A stretch of 64,000 nt of DNA, from the NCBI GenBank assembly GCA_951406725.2, contig OX597815.1, forward strand, positions 187,178,001-187,242,000, in the 5' to 3' direction. Positions 11,437-26,035 of this stretch are shown one piece after another. Positions within the stretch are counted from its first letter, which is position 1, and every line of letters begins with the position of its first letter. Both the position numbers and the translations under genes were made by a program. Under the pieces are notes generated by a model. That model was given only the letters and a program-made list of their open reading frames with translations, was not told the DNA's origin and did not search any database. The DNA is from Octopus vulgaris (Eukaryota).

Positions 11437-13633
11437 TGTGTGTGTGTGTGTACATAAAGATAACTATTCTGAGAATAATTGAATATAAAATGACTTGCTA
11501 GATTATCTCCAATACCTGCTGTCAAGTTTATAGAAATGAAATAGTAGGTCAACAACACAGCAGCAGAACTCTGAACAACCAATTTGCAAAGGAGGTTGGT
11601 GTGAGCTCATAACATTTCAATAGCACACAAGCAAAAGGCATTGAAATGAAACGGCGGCATGTATATAAATCCAAGTGCTCCACAAGATAAACAAACAAAT
11701 AAATAAATAAATTTAAAAAATGGCCTGAAAAAACACTTTAACAAATAAAAAAAAAATGAACACAGAAACAAAATGTTTATACAAAATTATTTTAAATTAA
11801 ACATCTAACTCTGTATAAAGAAAAAAAAAATATACCGAATCTTTCTCATTAAAATAAAATGTGGAGTCTATATAATTAAATGTGATTGCATCGGGACAGA
11901 CTTAGCAGTAGAAATTGTACTCAGCTGACCTAACAAAAAATAAACTCACATACCTAAAAATAAGGGAAAAAAAACAAACTATGTAGTTATTTTCAAAGAA
12001 AGTGCTTAATGTGAATCAATGTAAATTTTTCTTAAAATTTTCTAACTTTAATGGTAACTGAAAACTAAGTTGTTTTTTTTTGGGTTTTTTTTAACCTACT
12101 CAGAGTTTATAAAGTTTTAAGCTACCAGTAGATAAGACTATCTAGAGTTATTTCTATGCAATTAAAAACTAATTAAAATCTCAATTTATGTAATCATAAT
12201 ATCTTAATTACACATACAGTGATTCAATGGTGAGTCACTAAGTATCAACTATCATCTATTTCTAGAAGGTGAAAAATATTTTACTGATATGATCAAAGAA
12301 GAAAAAAAAACAATTGAAATACGTCTACAGACAGAATGAAACCAACTCCAGACTGCTTTTGTTGAACAAAATTTTTAAAGTTTATCAAATTTAAATTAGA
12401 TGCTTGATGTATCACAAGACATTTGACAAGCAATGATATTTAATGTATAATTGTGAATATAAAAATTCTTAAGAATATCAATATTCTATAAAATAATAAA
12501 ATAAGGTTTGCTATTACCAATTAAAATGTGATATTAAGTTACAAATTCATAATTCAAACATAATCCAGAATTAAATAAAAAATTATTACGATAATATTAA
12601 AAAAATTGATTTGGTAAATTATACTATACGTTTATTTAGTCTTAAAAACCTTACAACCATAATAGAATTACATAAAACGATTTTCAAAAATAACAAACAA
12701 TATATTACTTTCCAACTAAATTGAAAAATATTTGAAATTAAACTGAAAAGAAAAATATTTACACTCGTCTGTATCACATATTAAAGTTACTTCCCTTAGG
12801 TATTCATTGACTGGTTTGCTTAGGTATTTATAACAACATAATTTTGTATTAAAAATAAAAGCTATCAATAGAGCCTGGCTAAAGAAAAACAAACAGAAAG
12901 AAAAACATAGTAATTTATTAAATTCTATTCAGTTGTAATTCTAAACACTATACTTCACACTTTTGTAATCAATAATTCTACACAAGAAACACAAAAGATC
13001 TCTGCAAGTATCAACGATGTAAAAGTATTAAAAAACAAAAATGCTCAATATATGCTTAAATATCTCGACATATTTCCATCTATCGTTACTAAAAAGAATG
13101 CTATGAGAAAGCATTGAGAAAGAAAGAAAAAAAAATGTGTGCCTACTGACTAAGAGAAATTGGCAGGCAGGAAAGATAGCATAGTTGTTATCAGTTATGT
13201 ATATATGAGGATAGTATCATGCCTAAGTAATTTTAACATTCTACAGTTATTCAAGGAAATGGCTATCATATTTAGGGCAATTAATAGGAAAATTGATAAT
13301 TGGTTTGTATTTCAGTTTTTAAAAAACAACTTTTGCTTTCTATTTTTTTTTGTTTTTTTCTTTTTATTAAAGATTACCATCAAATTAATATTGGCTCATT
13401 TTTAACATTTTATAGAAGGAAGAATAGATAAGTCTAAATAATGAATGTTCTCTCGGTAGGCAGGAAAAGATTGAAAAATGTGGGAACTTGAGACCAAGAG
13501 GAAATTGCTTTTGTCAGTGAGATAAAATGTGTTTACAAAAGGAGATTATATATATATATATATATTCACACATACATGTCTGTGTATGTATGTACATATG
13601 TATATTACACACACATAAATACATATAGACACT

Positions 13634-13687
<54 letters not shown>

Positions 13688-14873
13688 TGTATATGTGTGT
13701 GTAAACATACACTATCATTTTCCCATCCACCTAATTAGCTATAAGAAACTTCTAAGTAATATTTCATAAATTTTTACGTTTTGTAAAAATTTATTTCAAA
13801 ATATATATATATATATATATATATTATATACACACACAATGTAAAATATCTTACTAATAATTGTTTTAAATATTATTATCATCATTATTATTATTATTAC
13901 TACATACACACTAAAGACTTGATTTAAATAACAGCTGATTGAAAAATTGCAGTTGTAGTCGATTATTGAGAACTAGCTTGCTGAGAGGAAGTAGATACAG
14001 AGTTTGAGCAGGTTTTAACACAAATAGCTTGGCAGGGGTGGCGGGATGGTGGTGGTGGGATGGTGGTGGCATTGGGTGGGTGAAGTGGTGAGTAGTGAAT
14101 ATAATAAAAGGTATGACAAAAATTGTTTGACTCATTTTAATTATTTCAAAATAATATTACCAACATTTGGAACAATGCACAACCATAAATAAATGAAATC
14201 TATCTTCATGGCTTTCATAAGGAAAAATAAAATGTTGGAAAGTTTTCTTAATACTACATTTAGAAGGAAAAAAAAAATGGTAATATGAGGAAATTAATAG
14301 CCTGGTTTTGTAATGCATGATTACTAGGTTATTTCAGTTAAATGTGATTTGTTTTGTTTGTTTTTTTTATTCCATCAATGATACAATCTAAAAATTGAAG
14401 AAATAAAACAAGGAAGCACTACTTAGAAGTTAATTGGTTCTTGTTTCACCAGGCAAATTCTATTTCTATAAACTGGAAACATATACCATGCTTAAGTGCA
14501 AAATATATTCCAAAGGAAAGATATAACACCCAATAAAAAAAAATACGTAAAAATATCATATATCCTTAAATCTTATTTATCAAGTTCTAAAAAAAATAAA
14601 AAATTCCTGGATACTGAAAACATTTAAAAGATAGCGAAATACACTTCAATCATGCTCGAACAAATATCACTAGTTTAATGTTCATTTTTCTATGGGTTTC
14701 TAAGACAAAAAAAATAAAAATGCATATCTGATTAATTTAATGTGTGGTTCAGGCATTCAGAAAGTTATTTGCCAAGGAAAAAATATCTACAAAATTATCT
14801 ATCATTTTATCATTGCCCGATTTTTGAATGGATGAATCTACCAGAACATGTATTATTTTATACATATAATATC

Positions 14874-14983
14874 ATACACACACACACACACATATATATA
14901 TACATACATACACACACATATATATACACACACACACACATATATATACACACACACACACATATATATACACACACACACAG

Positions 14984-15024
<41 letters not shown>

Positions 15025-15220
15025 CACACACACACATATATACACACACACACATATATATACATATACACATATACACGTATATATACATATATATATA
15101 CACACATAATACACACACACACACATATACACACATATATATATATACACACACACACATATAATACACACACACACATATACACACATATATACATGTA
15201 TATATACACATACATAAACA
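14874..15220. repeat. (CA/TA)n compound microsatellite
   Basis: Direct reading. Confidence 0.95.
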
Positions 15221-16814
15221 ATAAAAGTTTGAAAATAAAATTGTAAAAAAATTTACAAGTTGAAAAAAGATCACCTCAAGCTCATACTCGCCCTCCATGA
15301 GTGCATGTGTGTATATATACACACACATATTTATGATATATATATATATATATTTATATGCATGTGTGTGTGTGTATATGTGTATTTATATAACTTGATA
15401 TAAAAACGAGTCTTTAAATTATTTCACATTACACCCTGCATCTGACATAACTGAAATATATTTTCTATATTCATTGCACACAGATTACTAATGAAAAGAA
15501 AAGGAAAGTGTCTAAGTAACATAAGCCTTTTAGTAACTGAATCGCTGATATAATTACAGGTTTAGACTTATAGGAGAAAAGAAAGAAGGAAGCAGTAGAA
15601 TGACTGATAAAGTAAACTTTCAGTTGTACATAAAACATTTTTTTTTACTTCAGAAACATATGGCATAAATAAATTCAGTGCTCTGAAAACTAGGTTAGTA
15701 AAACAATTTTGGTCAATAAAAAGAAAATTGCAGGGAAATTTAAAGTATATATTTATAGAGAAATACTGAAATGTTTTAATGTTAATATTAAAGTGGGATG
15801 GGAGATTTACAATTTTTCTTATCTTTTCTTTTTTTTTTTTTTTCCCCAAATAAAAAGGGAAAAACTTTTAAATAAGATTTTTTTTCATCACATTTTGTTT
15901 TAAAATATTTCATGGTAAAATAATTATCAATATTTTGTAAAAAGTCTATAATACTTTACAAAAAAGTTTTTTTTAAAAATAAATAAAGAAAAAATTTAGC
16001 ACTTTTAATTTCTGTTCAAAAGTTTTGGTGAATTGCCAAGCATCATCTTACAACAGAAAATAAATGTCTTCAGGCAATTGTTCCAGCTCTGAGCTCAAAT
16101 TCTGTCAAGTTTAGCTATCTGTGTATCATACTCATAGCAGACACATTATTTAAAGCCTTCTAAACTGCAGTATTTGTCTCAGTAAAGCTCCTTTTAAAGA
16201 CACAGTTATGATACACAAATTGTTATTTTCAACTGATACTGTTCTTGCCACTAATAACCTATCAAGCTTGATCTTCCTCCTTTCAGAGTTGATTAAAATA
16301 TAAAACCAGTCTCATACAGAGGTTCAACATTATTAGCTAACTCCATTAAGGGCAGTAAGTTGGCAGAAACATTAGCACGTCAGGCGAAATGCTTAGCGAT
16401 ATTTCATCTGAGTTCAAATCTCACCAAGGTCAACTTTGCCTTTCATCATTTCGGGGTCGATAAATTAAGTACCAGTTGTGTACTGGGATTAATCTAATCA
16501 ACTGGCCCCGCTTCCCCCAAAATTTCAGGCCTTGTGCCTAGAGTAGAAAAAGATTATTAACTCATTTCTCTCAAAATTGCTGCCTTTCTGTCTAAATTAC
16601 AAATTTTTCAAAAAGAGAAAAAAAACATCAAAAACAATTTATTATACAATTTAACCTTTTTCTAATTTGTTCTCTTTTATCAATCAATTTTGGATCAATT
16701 TTGAAAATAACCAAGAATTCCATTATTAAGCTGGTTTTGGAAGAGAATATAAGTTTTTACATGTAATCCTTCCTGGATGGAAGAGATTTTAAATCAAAAT
16801 ATGAAGCTTTAAAA

Positions 16815-17310
16815 CAGAGATTCTCAACTGGTGGTCCACATGACTCCATTAACCCTTTCGTTACCAACCCGGCTGAAACCGGCTCTGGCTCTGAGCACAA
16901 ATGTCTTGTTTCCATAAGTTTAGAATTAAAATCTTCCACCAAACCTTAGTCACAATTTATGTTCCTAACACTAGCTTAATGATAACTAAGTTATTTTACT
17001 AAATTTTTTGTTATATTTAAAGTAATTGAAAGAAACACAGAGCATCTCAAAATAAATACTGTAACGAAAGGGCTAAGGGCCCATATAAAATTCTGTTGTT
17101 AAAATTTATCAGCAATGAACTGGTTATATACTTTTACAATACACAAATTTTTTTTTTTTTTTTTTAACACAATTCCTAATAATATCTAATTATCTAATTA
17201 TAAAAATAATATAAGATTTTTAAAACATCAAATGGCTTTGAGGATCCACCCGAATAATATAGGAGCCAAAAGGAGTCAGTAGGGGAAAATGGTTGAGAAC
17301 TGAACTGTTG
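16815..17310. mobile_element. hAT-type MITE containing a nested TTAA MITE
   Basis: Perfect 8-bp TSD CTTTAAAA on both sides; ends CAGAGATTCTCAAC / GTTGAGAAC. Confidence 0.75.
16849..17076. mobile_element. piggyBac-like TTAA MITE, family 1 (~230 bp)
   Basis: TTAA-CCCTTTCGTTAC...GTAACGAAAGGG-CTAA. Confidence 0.85.
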
Positions 17311-18088
17311 CTTTAAAAGAAGCATTTTTCTTATATCTTTAGAACCAGATAAATTTCTAGGTGAATTGGTATCATAAAAGATTACAACAAAAAGCTTTAG
17401 AATAAATATTGGTTTCAAATTTTGGTACAAGAGCAAAGTCAATTACATCGCCTCCAATGCACAACAGGCCCTTATTTTATCGTCCCTGAAAGGATGAAAA
17501 GCAAAGTTGGCTTTGGTAGAATTTAAAATCAAAATGTAAACATGGAAGAAATGCCAGTAAGAATTTTTCCTGATGTGCTAACAATTCTGCTAGCTTGATG
17601 CCTTAGCTTTATGATAAATATCAAAGAAAGAAAAATGGAGCCAGCCATTGCAACAACCAAAATTAATCAAAACCAATTTTACAATTTTGAGGTTTTTTTA
17701 GAGCTTAAATTTCTTCTAAATGATTTCAAAATTCAATTTCCTGCATTTCCATTATTTGAAAATATGAATATAATTCAAACTTAATTGTAAATAATAAGTG
17801 TTATGAAGTAAAGTTACAAAAAGTCAATCATAACTAAATATAATTACAGAATGACAGTGTGTGTGTGTGTCTGCACACAAATTATTTTGTTGCCAGCAAA
17901 ACTTTATTTTTTCTTTTTGAAAACTGACGTTTTAAGAAGACAAGCTATGAAAGAACTTAATAAAAAAGCATAGACGTATGTAAGCTATTGGTATGGTAAT
18001 CACAAATCAAAAAGGTTATATCAACAGCTGTTGGAGAGGCGTTCTCAAAGACTACTTTTAAAAATCTAATGAAGAGGTGACTGTTTAA

Positions 18089-18640
18089 CCTGGTGGATCT
18101 CAACTGGGGTCTGGTTCATGTAAGATTTTTGGAGGTCTACACAAGTAAACTAGTAAATTGGGGACCAACAGTAGTATTTTAAAGGTCTGTTACAAAATTT
18201 GTCTACATGTATTTATTGTAAGAAAAAACTAGATTTCTTTCTGTTTCATATAGTTCAAACTGCAGAAGTTAATGTGTGATAAACAAAATAAGAATTTTGA
18301 AAGAAATGTCTATAAAAGTAATCTTTAACCCTTTTGTTACCATATTTCTGTTGAGATGCTCTGTGTTTCTTTCAATTAATTTTAAATATAACAAAGAATT
18401 TAGTAAAATAACTCAGTTATCATTAAGCTAGTATCAGGAACATAAATTGTGACTAAGGTTTGTTGGAAAATTTTAATTCAAAACTTATGAAAACAAGACA
18501 TTTGTACGACAGAGCCAGAGCTGGTTTCAGCTGGGTTGGTAACGAAAGGGTTAAACATCAAATGGTGATCAGGGCGGGGTGTGGAGATCCACTGGGATAA
18601 AATAGGGATCAGAGCGGTCCATAGGTAAAATAGATGGGGA
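18089..18640. mobile_element. Decayed hAT-type MITE containing a nested TTAA MITE
   Basis: Left end CCTGGTGGATCTCAACTGGGGTC resembles the 16815 element; internal similarity to the 24631 element in reverse; right end decayed. Confidence 0.5.
18325..18554. mobile_element. TTAA MITE family 1
   Basis: TTAA-CCCTTTTGTTACC...GGTAACGAAAGGG-TTAA. Confidence 0.88.
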
Positions 18641-19445
18641 AAAAAAAAAGTCTAATCCTCTGACCATACCCAACCCTACCCTACCTTACATTACACTGTC
18701 ATTTAAAAAAACAAAATATAAAAAATTCATCATTAAAATCTTGAAGCTATGAAGATGAGACATGATTAATTGAAAAAAATGTAAATAAATAAACATTACA
18801 TTTAACAGAAAAATTTGAATTCTAAAGAGTTAAAATGCTAAATTAAAAAAATTAAATTGTGAAAATCCCTTGAATAAAATGTTTCTGTCATTCTAAATTT
18901 TGAAAATATACTAAAATAAATTGATTGTGGTCACCACAATTAAAATTAAACTGGAGAATATAAAGTGGAGGAAGAAATAGAAGATTTTTTTTAAAGTCAG
19001 AAGAAACAAGAAAGTTATGACTCCTGTTACATTAAACGAGAGAAACTTTATTTGAATAAATGAGAGTTAACTTAAGGAAACGAATATATATCAATAATTA
19101 GTTGATGATGTTTTTATATTACCTTCAATTTAGAAATGAAAAGTTTAACCACAACAATGATGGCAAGAACATAAAAATAAAAAAAAAAACCAACAAAATA
19201 TTAAGTAAACAAGATGAAAGATAGACACTCTGGGTGAAGTAATCAATATTTTTCAGATTGCAAACGAAAGGAAAATTGAAACTTATTCATCTCAATACAG
19301 TCAATTAATGAAAATCAAATTTTACAGAAAAATGAATGCAATTTCTAATCAGCAACAAATAAAAGATAATTAGAATCGGAGCAAGTTCAAAAATTAAAAA
19401 TGAACCAAGTATTGAAAAATAATGTTATTGGAAATAACTCGATTC

Positions 19446-19476
<31 letters not shown>

Positions 19477-20112
19477 TAGTTTCTTTTTGTTTTTTAGTTT
19501 AGTTTAAAATGTAGAAGCAAAAAATTTCAAGCTAAAAATTAGAAAATTTTGAAAATTATGTATTAGAAATTTTTATCATTATATGTATATATAAAAACCT
19601 TTAAACAAAAAAAAAAATAAATAAAATAAAATAAACAACATACTGAAATAGTAGGATTACGAATTGAATTGAGTACAAACTCCATTTTATTTGAAAAATG
19701 TGACATTCACATGATAGCTTTTCCTAATTCAGTAAATGCAACAATCAAATAAAAGGCATATTCTAAATTCATACAAAAGCTCTTTGTTACACTGGTTATG
19801 TCTACAGAGAAGTATTAGGACTTGCTAAATGCTACGTTCATAAGGGGATTGGAAATGTAAAAAAAAAAATAAATAAATAAAATTTAAAAAAATATATATA
19901 TAATGTTCAACATATGCAAATGAGAAAAAAAAAAGAAGCAAAAATAACAAATTATTAACAAAGAATTCAATAACACCACCTCGTATAACAGAATTAGAGA
20001 GGAAAAAAATTAATTTATCTTAGATATTCCTATATTTTTGCTACCACACAAAAGATAGCTTTTAAATGTTAATACCCTAAAAAGTAATTTTTGAAAGCTG
20101 ATTAATGTTCTT

Positions 20113-20167
<55 letters not shown>

Positions 20168-23100
20168 TCATCATGAAGACCACCAACAAAAATGAGAGGA
20201 CATTTCATATACCTATAGCATGTTTTTCATATATCCAATTGATGTTCATCTGAATCCAATAATACCTTCTGCTTAACCATTCTTTGTTAGCAAATGAAAC
20301 AAAAGAGAAAAAAACTGGAGAATTTTTTTTTTTTTTTAATGATATAGGAAGCTTTATAATCTCAAGCTACAGTAGTAGCAGGAAACTAAATAGATTACTC
20401 TGACATTTTGGAAGAACAAAAAAAGATTTTATAGAGCTGATATTTCTCTCTGTTTCATTTCATTAAGGTTTGTGTTTTATTTAGAGAAGAGATATCCATT
20501 TTCTTTTTAAATGATAAATGCTGGACTGTTTTCAATTTACCTGGCAAATAAGCTTTGATATGAAATTCAAAATATAAGTTTTCAAATAGCAGAATGAGAA
20601 GAGAAAAAGAAGGAATTTCATTCCCAATAACACCTCAATGCAAATTATTCCTTTATAATTTTCTAGGTAGACATTTAATTTGCATTTTGATCTTTAAACT
20701 TATGGAATATCGACTAAAACCAAAAAAAGAAAAAAAAATATCCAGGACTGTATCAAATAATATATTAGAAAAAAAAAAGAAAGTTCTTCTATTAAATATT
20801 TTATAAAATAAAGTATTTTTCAAATGATAATGTGAAAATTGGCTTTGCTTCACAGCTCATATCATTGATAATGCCACATTCCAAAATGTAATTAAGTATT
20901 TTAACAAAAAGAACAAAAGATAAAAAGTATTTTCAGAAAAGATTCATTAAATCAATAATTCTTATCACATGAAAATACATATGAAATTTTTATATTGAAG
21001 AAAATTCTATAAATGTCAGAGCACTTTGCTACATTGGAAAATATGTTGGCTTTAAGCCATACACTCTAAAAGCTTAAATTCTTACAGTATCACAATACAC
21101 AATCCTTAGTTAAAAAAAAAAAAAGAAGTAAAATTACTCAGAAAATTAACAGTTTGAGGAATTACATAAAAGAATCATAGTTGTTCTGTGTAAGTTAGAA
21201 TGAATAAGAAAAAAAAAAATTTAAACAAATGCATAAAAAAGAAAAATATGTTTAATTGAAATTTCTTAAGCAATCTACACAGAACCTTTCCTATGACTGC
21301 TGTAATTGGATCTATTTCATCTCTGGCAAATGGAATTCATAAGATGAATTCCGACTGGTGAATAGTTATTATCTTCAGCATACACAATGTAGGCAATAGC
21401 TCACTCATGTGTGTATATATACAGAAGTGCATGCAAACAAACACATACACCTCCCTCCACCCCCCGTATCTCTCTCTCTTTTTCTTTCTTTCTATCTATC
21501 TTCTCTTTCTCTCCAGGCTATCATATTCTCTACATAAAGCATCAGTTGTTTCTGTAGAAGCTATTTACTAACTCATTGAAATTTTGTTCTCATGAACCTA
21601 CAAATAAAAAAAATAATAGAAATTTGATAAAAGCAAATATTTTATGAATTGATACACTTACTAGGAGCAGTGGAAAAGTACAAAAAGGAAGTACATACAC
21701 ACACACAAAAAAAAAAAAAAAGTAAATCTCCCTACATAGCTAAACATTAAAATTTTGCTTTAGCAGCATACAGCTTTAATTTGGTTCAATAAGCATGATA
21801 TAAACTATACTTATTAAAATATATGGTCGCTTATAGTGAATACCGACCAGTAGTTCTTAACTAGCTGTTAATTGAAAAGATGCCTAACATGGCAGAAAAT
21901 TGAGCTGGTCAAATAACTGGAATTCATCTCTGAATTATTTATTTTATATATAGATTAGATTTCATTGCAAGCCGTATTAATAATTTGAACAAGAACATAT
22001 TTTAGGAAATGATAAAAGATTTATTTGATAAAATTCTAAAAGAAAAACATGTTCAGTCCATGAAGGAAGACATGCTTATAAATACCAATTTGATTGTGTT
22101 GATATCGAAAGCAATATTTCTAGCTCTATTCAAAGAATATTATCCATAGTTCATTCTAAGGGGGCTGCATAAATAGCAATTCAGGCTGAGAGAAAATGGG
22201 AATGTTACAGTAACAGAAAATATGTCAGCCAGTTCTGTTGGCAATAAGGATATTGATTAAATCTTTTGCATAACTGCTTGATTTTCTGTGTATGATGGAA
22301 GAACAAGATCAATTAAATATCAGATTTATTCATCAATAGAACACTAACTAGATGGAATTTGAAAACCGAAATCTAACTTTTAACTTGTGCTTGTTCCATT
22401 ATTTGTATGGAGTACAATATATTAATTTTAAGAAAACTAATATACTTGTACACGAAAATTTTAACACATGCTGCTAGTTTATGAATGGGAGGAAAAACAA
22501 TATCTTAGCAAAAATGACATCCATCAGAGATTTCTCAATAAAATAACAAAATGGCATTTTTCTTGATCCTTACAAGTTAATATTTGAACACATAGATTCT
22601 GTTTATATAAACATTTTACCAACACATTTTCAGTGTATACTGAGATCTTAACAAAATAACATGCATGAGTAACAACTAAATATAATTTTTTTTTTAAAAT
22701 CTAGTATTGAAGAATTCTAATTGAAGGTAAACTTAAATGAGAAGCACATTTTGGCAATTCTCACATACAATACGAAAGTAGGCTTTTGAGATCAATAATT
22801 AATTCTCATAGCCATTTGATGTTTAAATAATACCCTATTATATTTTTATGATTAAATATTAGGAGTTGTATAAGAAAGGTTACACTATTTTGTCTATGTA
22901 GCAATATTTACAGCAGATAAATTTTAACAACTAAATTTATTATGGACCTTGGTTAAGAAACACTGATCTACCTAGAGAATTGTGAAAATATTTTGGGGTT
23001 TTTTTTGTTTGTTTTTTTAAGAAACCAACATTTGTCCATCTGTACTAAAATATACTTTATATATAATTAGAAGTAAATTAAAGCTGAAAACATCTCTCTC

Positions 23101-23238
23101 TGACACAATTTTAACCATTAACTAAAATATCTATAATCAAAATATGTCTTTTTAAACCCAATATAAATCAGAGAAAGAAAAAGATATTTCACAAATACAT
23201 TTGAGCCAAGTTATTGTGTAATTATATATATATTAGAA

Positions 23239-23506
23239 GAAATGAGGTACTCCGAAATCTGGATGGTTTTATATTTACAGATATTTATTAGTATGTTACA
23301 TGTTTTTATAAATCATGCATCATATATTATATATATTAGCGCTTTCGTCCACTCTAGTAGAGTCTTCAAATTGAACAGTTCAGTTTGAAGACCCAACTAG
23401 AGTGGACGAAAGCGCTAATATAGGATATATGATTTATAAAAACATGTAACATACTAATAAATATCTGTAAATATAAAACCATCCAGATTTCTGAGTACCT
23501 CATTTC
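23239..23506. repeat. ~270 bp near-perfect palindrome (arms ~130 bp, centre 23377)
   Basis: Left arm GAAATGAGGTACTCCGAAATCTGGATGG... is the reverse complement of right arm ...CCATCCAGATTTCTGAGTACCTCATTTC; flanked by (TA)n. Confidence 0.95.
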
Positions 23507-24146
23507 ATAATACCTGTACATCATCACCAAACCTTCTGATATATATATATAAGCTAAGCTTCATACAAGTTTTGTGTGCTTCAAATTCCAATTACCAATT
23601 CATATATTTGGCTAAATACACTTGGAAAATTACTTTTAACAACTCAACATACCATTCTCCTTCCTCTAAAAGATTTGTTGCCTAATGCTATGTTATTATT
23701 TGGAGAAAGATATTTTTGGTGGAAGAAAGCTAATTAAATACTCAGAACTTTATGAAACATTCAATATGGAAGAGGAAACCATGTAAAAATATCAAATTAA
23801 ATAGCTGACATTTGATTGTTAAAAATATTTCACCATGCTTGATATAATGAAGTGAAAAACACTCCAATATACTCCAAGAATTACCGACATATAAACTCAT
23901 AAAAACAGGAATACTAACAATACAATTAGTCTTCATATTCTTCTGCTCACTGAATATGAAGTCAGGTTATGGGTTTTTAGAAAATGTCAGGCACTAAACA
24001 AAAGGAAACAGCAAAAAAAAATCTAAGGTACCTCTTTTGCTCTCAAGTACACTAACATACAAAATAGATGAAATAATAGTTGTTTTTTTTTTGTGTGTAT
24101 GTGTCTATTTTTTGAAACTTTGTTTCAAAAAATATACACATATATA

Positions 24147-24317
24147 GGCGCAGGAGTGGCTGTGTGGTAAGTAGCTTGCTAACCAACCACACGGCTCCGG
24201 GTTCAGTCCCACTGCGTGGCATCTTGGGCAAGTGTCTTCTGCTATAGCCCCGGGCCGACCAATGCCTTGTGAGTGGATTTGGTAGACGGAAACTGAAAGA
24301 AGCCTGTCGTATATATG

Positions 24318-24348
<31 letters not shown>

Positions 24349-24558
24349 TTGTGTGTTTGACCCCTAGCATTGCTTGACAACCAATGCTGGTGTGTTTACG
24401 TCCCCGTCACTTAGCGGTTCGGCAAAAGAGACCGATAGAATAAGTACTGGGCTTACAAAGAATAAGTCCCGGGGTCGATTTGCTCGACTAAAGGTGGTGC
24501 TCCAGCATGGCCGCAGTCAAATGACTGAAACAAGTAAAAGATAAAAGAAAAGATAAAG
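24147..24558 (+). mobile_element. tRNA-derived SINE family A, full length
   Basis: tRNA-like head with Pol III A/B-box-like motifs (TGGCTGTGTGG...GGTTCAGTCCC), internal (TA)n(TG)n, (TAAAAGA)n tail; many near-identical copies in the window. Confidence 0.9.
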
Positions 24559-24630
24559 TATCATTTTAAATACCCATTTTTATAAAGGGAACCAAATTTG
24601 TTAGTTATATTGAAAAACCATGTTCTAAAT

Positions 24631-24887
24631 CAGTTGTTCTCAACCATTTTTTCTGTCTATGGACCCCTTTGTTTTACTCATTTTATCTTGGTGGAGGACC
24701 CCATAAGTATTTAATGTTTAAAAATTAATTTTATAAAAATTTCTTTCAAAATTCTTATTTTGTTATTCACTCATTTACTTGTGTAGGGTGAAGTACGTAA
24801 AATTAATTAGAGAAAGAAACCTAGCTGTTTTTCTGCAATTTACACATTTACTATTTTGCTAGAATAGACCCCAGCTGAGAACCACTG
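24631..24887. mobile_element. hAT-type MITE
   Basis: TIRs CAGTTGTTCTCA / TGAGAACCACTG; degenerate 8-bp TSD TTCTAAAT / TTCTGGAT. Confidence 0.75.
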
Positions 24888-25212
24888 TTCTGGATGATAA
24901 CTTGATTGAGGTCTCACAAAAATGGGCCAATATTTGGAAGAATGTTTAAAGAACAACCAAGTATTTGTCTATAAGTTACTGAACAATTATGAACATGAAG
25001 AAAAATGAAATAATTTTATCCGATAACAGATTGAAAAAAATATACATTACATTAAAAATTATATTACAAATACTTTTTTTCTTGAATATAATCATTCACA
25101 CATTTTTAATATAAAATGTAAATGAGTACAGGATCAATAAAATATGCCAGATAGCTAACATGAAGCAAATATTTGCAGATTAATTTGATGAACTTGTCAG
25201 AGAATAAAATGC

Positions 25213-25844
25213 AAATGACTTCATGCTATTTTTCTTTCCTTGTCATTTTACTGAAAATATGCCAAGAATAGGAAAATAAACCCAAGGTACAAGGGCTCAA
25301 AATTATGTATATATGTTTTATAAATCTCTATATATATAAAATTGAAGTTGTCTGTGTATGGAAGGTTTGGTAGCCTTCAACTAACGCTATCTCCTCCGAG
25401 ACCCTGCGGCACAAGTTGACCAAAATTGAGAGTATGATAGAAGAAGGCTTGCTCGTCCTTCCATTAGAAGAAAAAATTCAAATCCGACCATGTTAACACC
25501 AAAAATTATTTACATCAAAAAGGTGCTTTAAATGACTTCATGCTATTTTTCTTTCCTTGTCATTTTACTGAAAATATGCCAAGAATAGGAAAATAAACCC
25601 AAGGTACAAGGGCACAAAATTATGTATATATGTTTTATAAATCTCTATATATATATAAAATTGAAGTTGTCTGTGTATGGCAGGTTTGGTAGCCTTCAAC
25701 TAACACTATCTCCTCCGAGACCCTGCAGCGCAAGTTGACCAAAATTGAGAATATGATAGAAGGCTTGCTCGTCCTTCCATAGAAGAAAAAATTCAAATCT
25801 GACCATGTTAACACCAAAAATTATTTACATCAAAAAGGTGCTTT
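25213..25844. repeat. Tandem duplication, ~317 bp unit (flank plus Helitron 5' half)
   Basis: Units start AAATGACTTCATGC at 25213 and 25530; several substitutions between them. Confidence 0.93.
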
Positions 25845-26035
25845 TTTTTTTTCTATGAAAATCATTATTTTTTACGATTTTTTTACTGCTGTGTCGCCAT
25901 TTTTTGGTGTATTTCAACCAGAAAAATGTTCACTTGAAGAGAAAAACAAGCTACATAATGCAACATTTTTACTTTACAAAAATTCCAATTCTAAAGGGTC
26001 AAAACAAACCCAAGCAACGCCGGGTGGTATTGCTA

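Noticed and set aside
14742-15328. Multiple overlapping HT/YI/CV-rich ORFs (also 4018-4822, 7611-8068, 46697-46945, 47452-47853, 56116-56769)
   Set aside because: Translations of dinucleotide and tetranucleotide microsatellites
21240-21322. Minus-strand DEIDPITAVIGKVLCRL as possible ARID5B exon 3
   Set aside because: No AG immediately before the GAT codon, weak similarity, and it runs into a stop
21568-21597. Strong minus-strand acceptor followed by VHENKISMS* as an alternative terminal ARID5B exon
   Set aside because: No homology support; such acceptors occur by chance in a 45 kb AT-rich intron
24105-24380. Recurrent peptide DGLLSVSVYQIHSQG...CPRCHAVGLNPEPCGW (also 29363, 30890, 55013)
   Set aside because: Antisense translation of SINE family A, not a gene family
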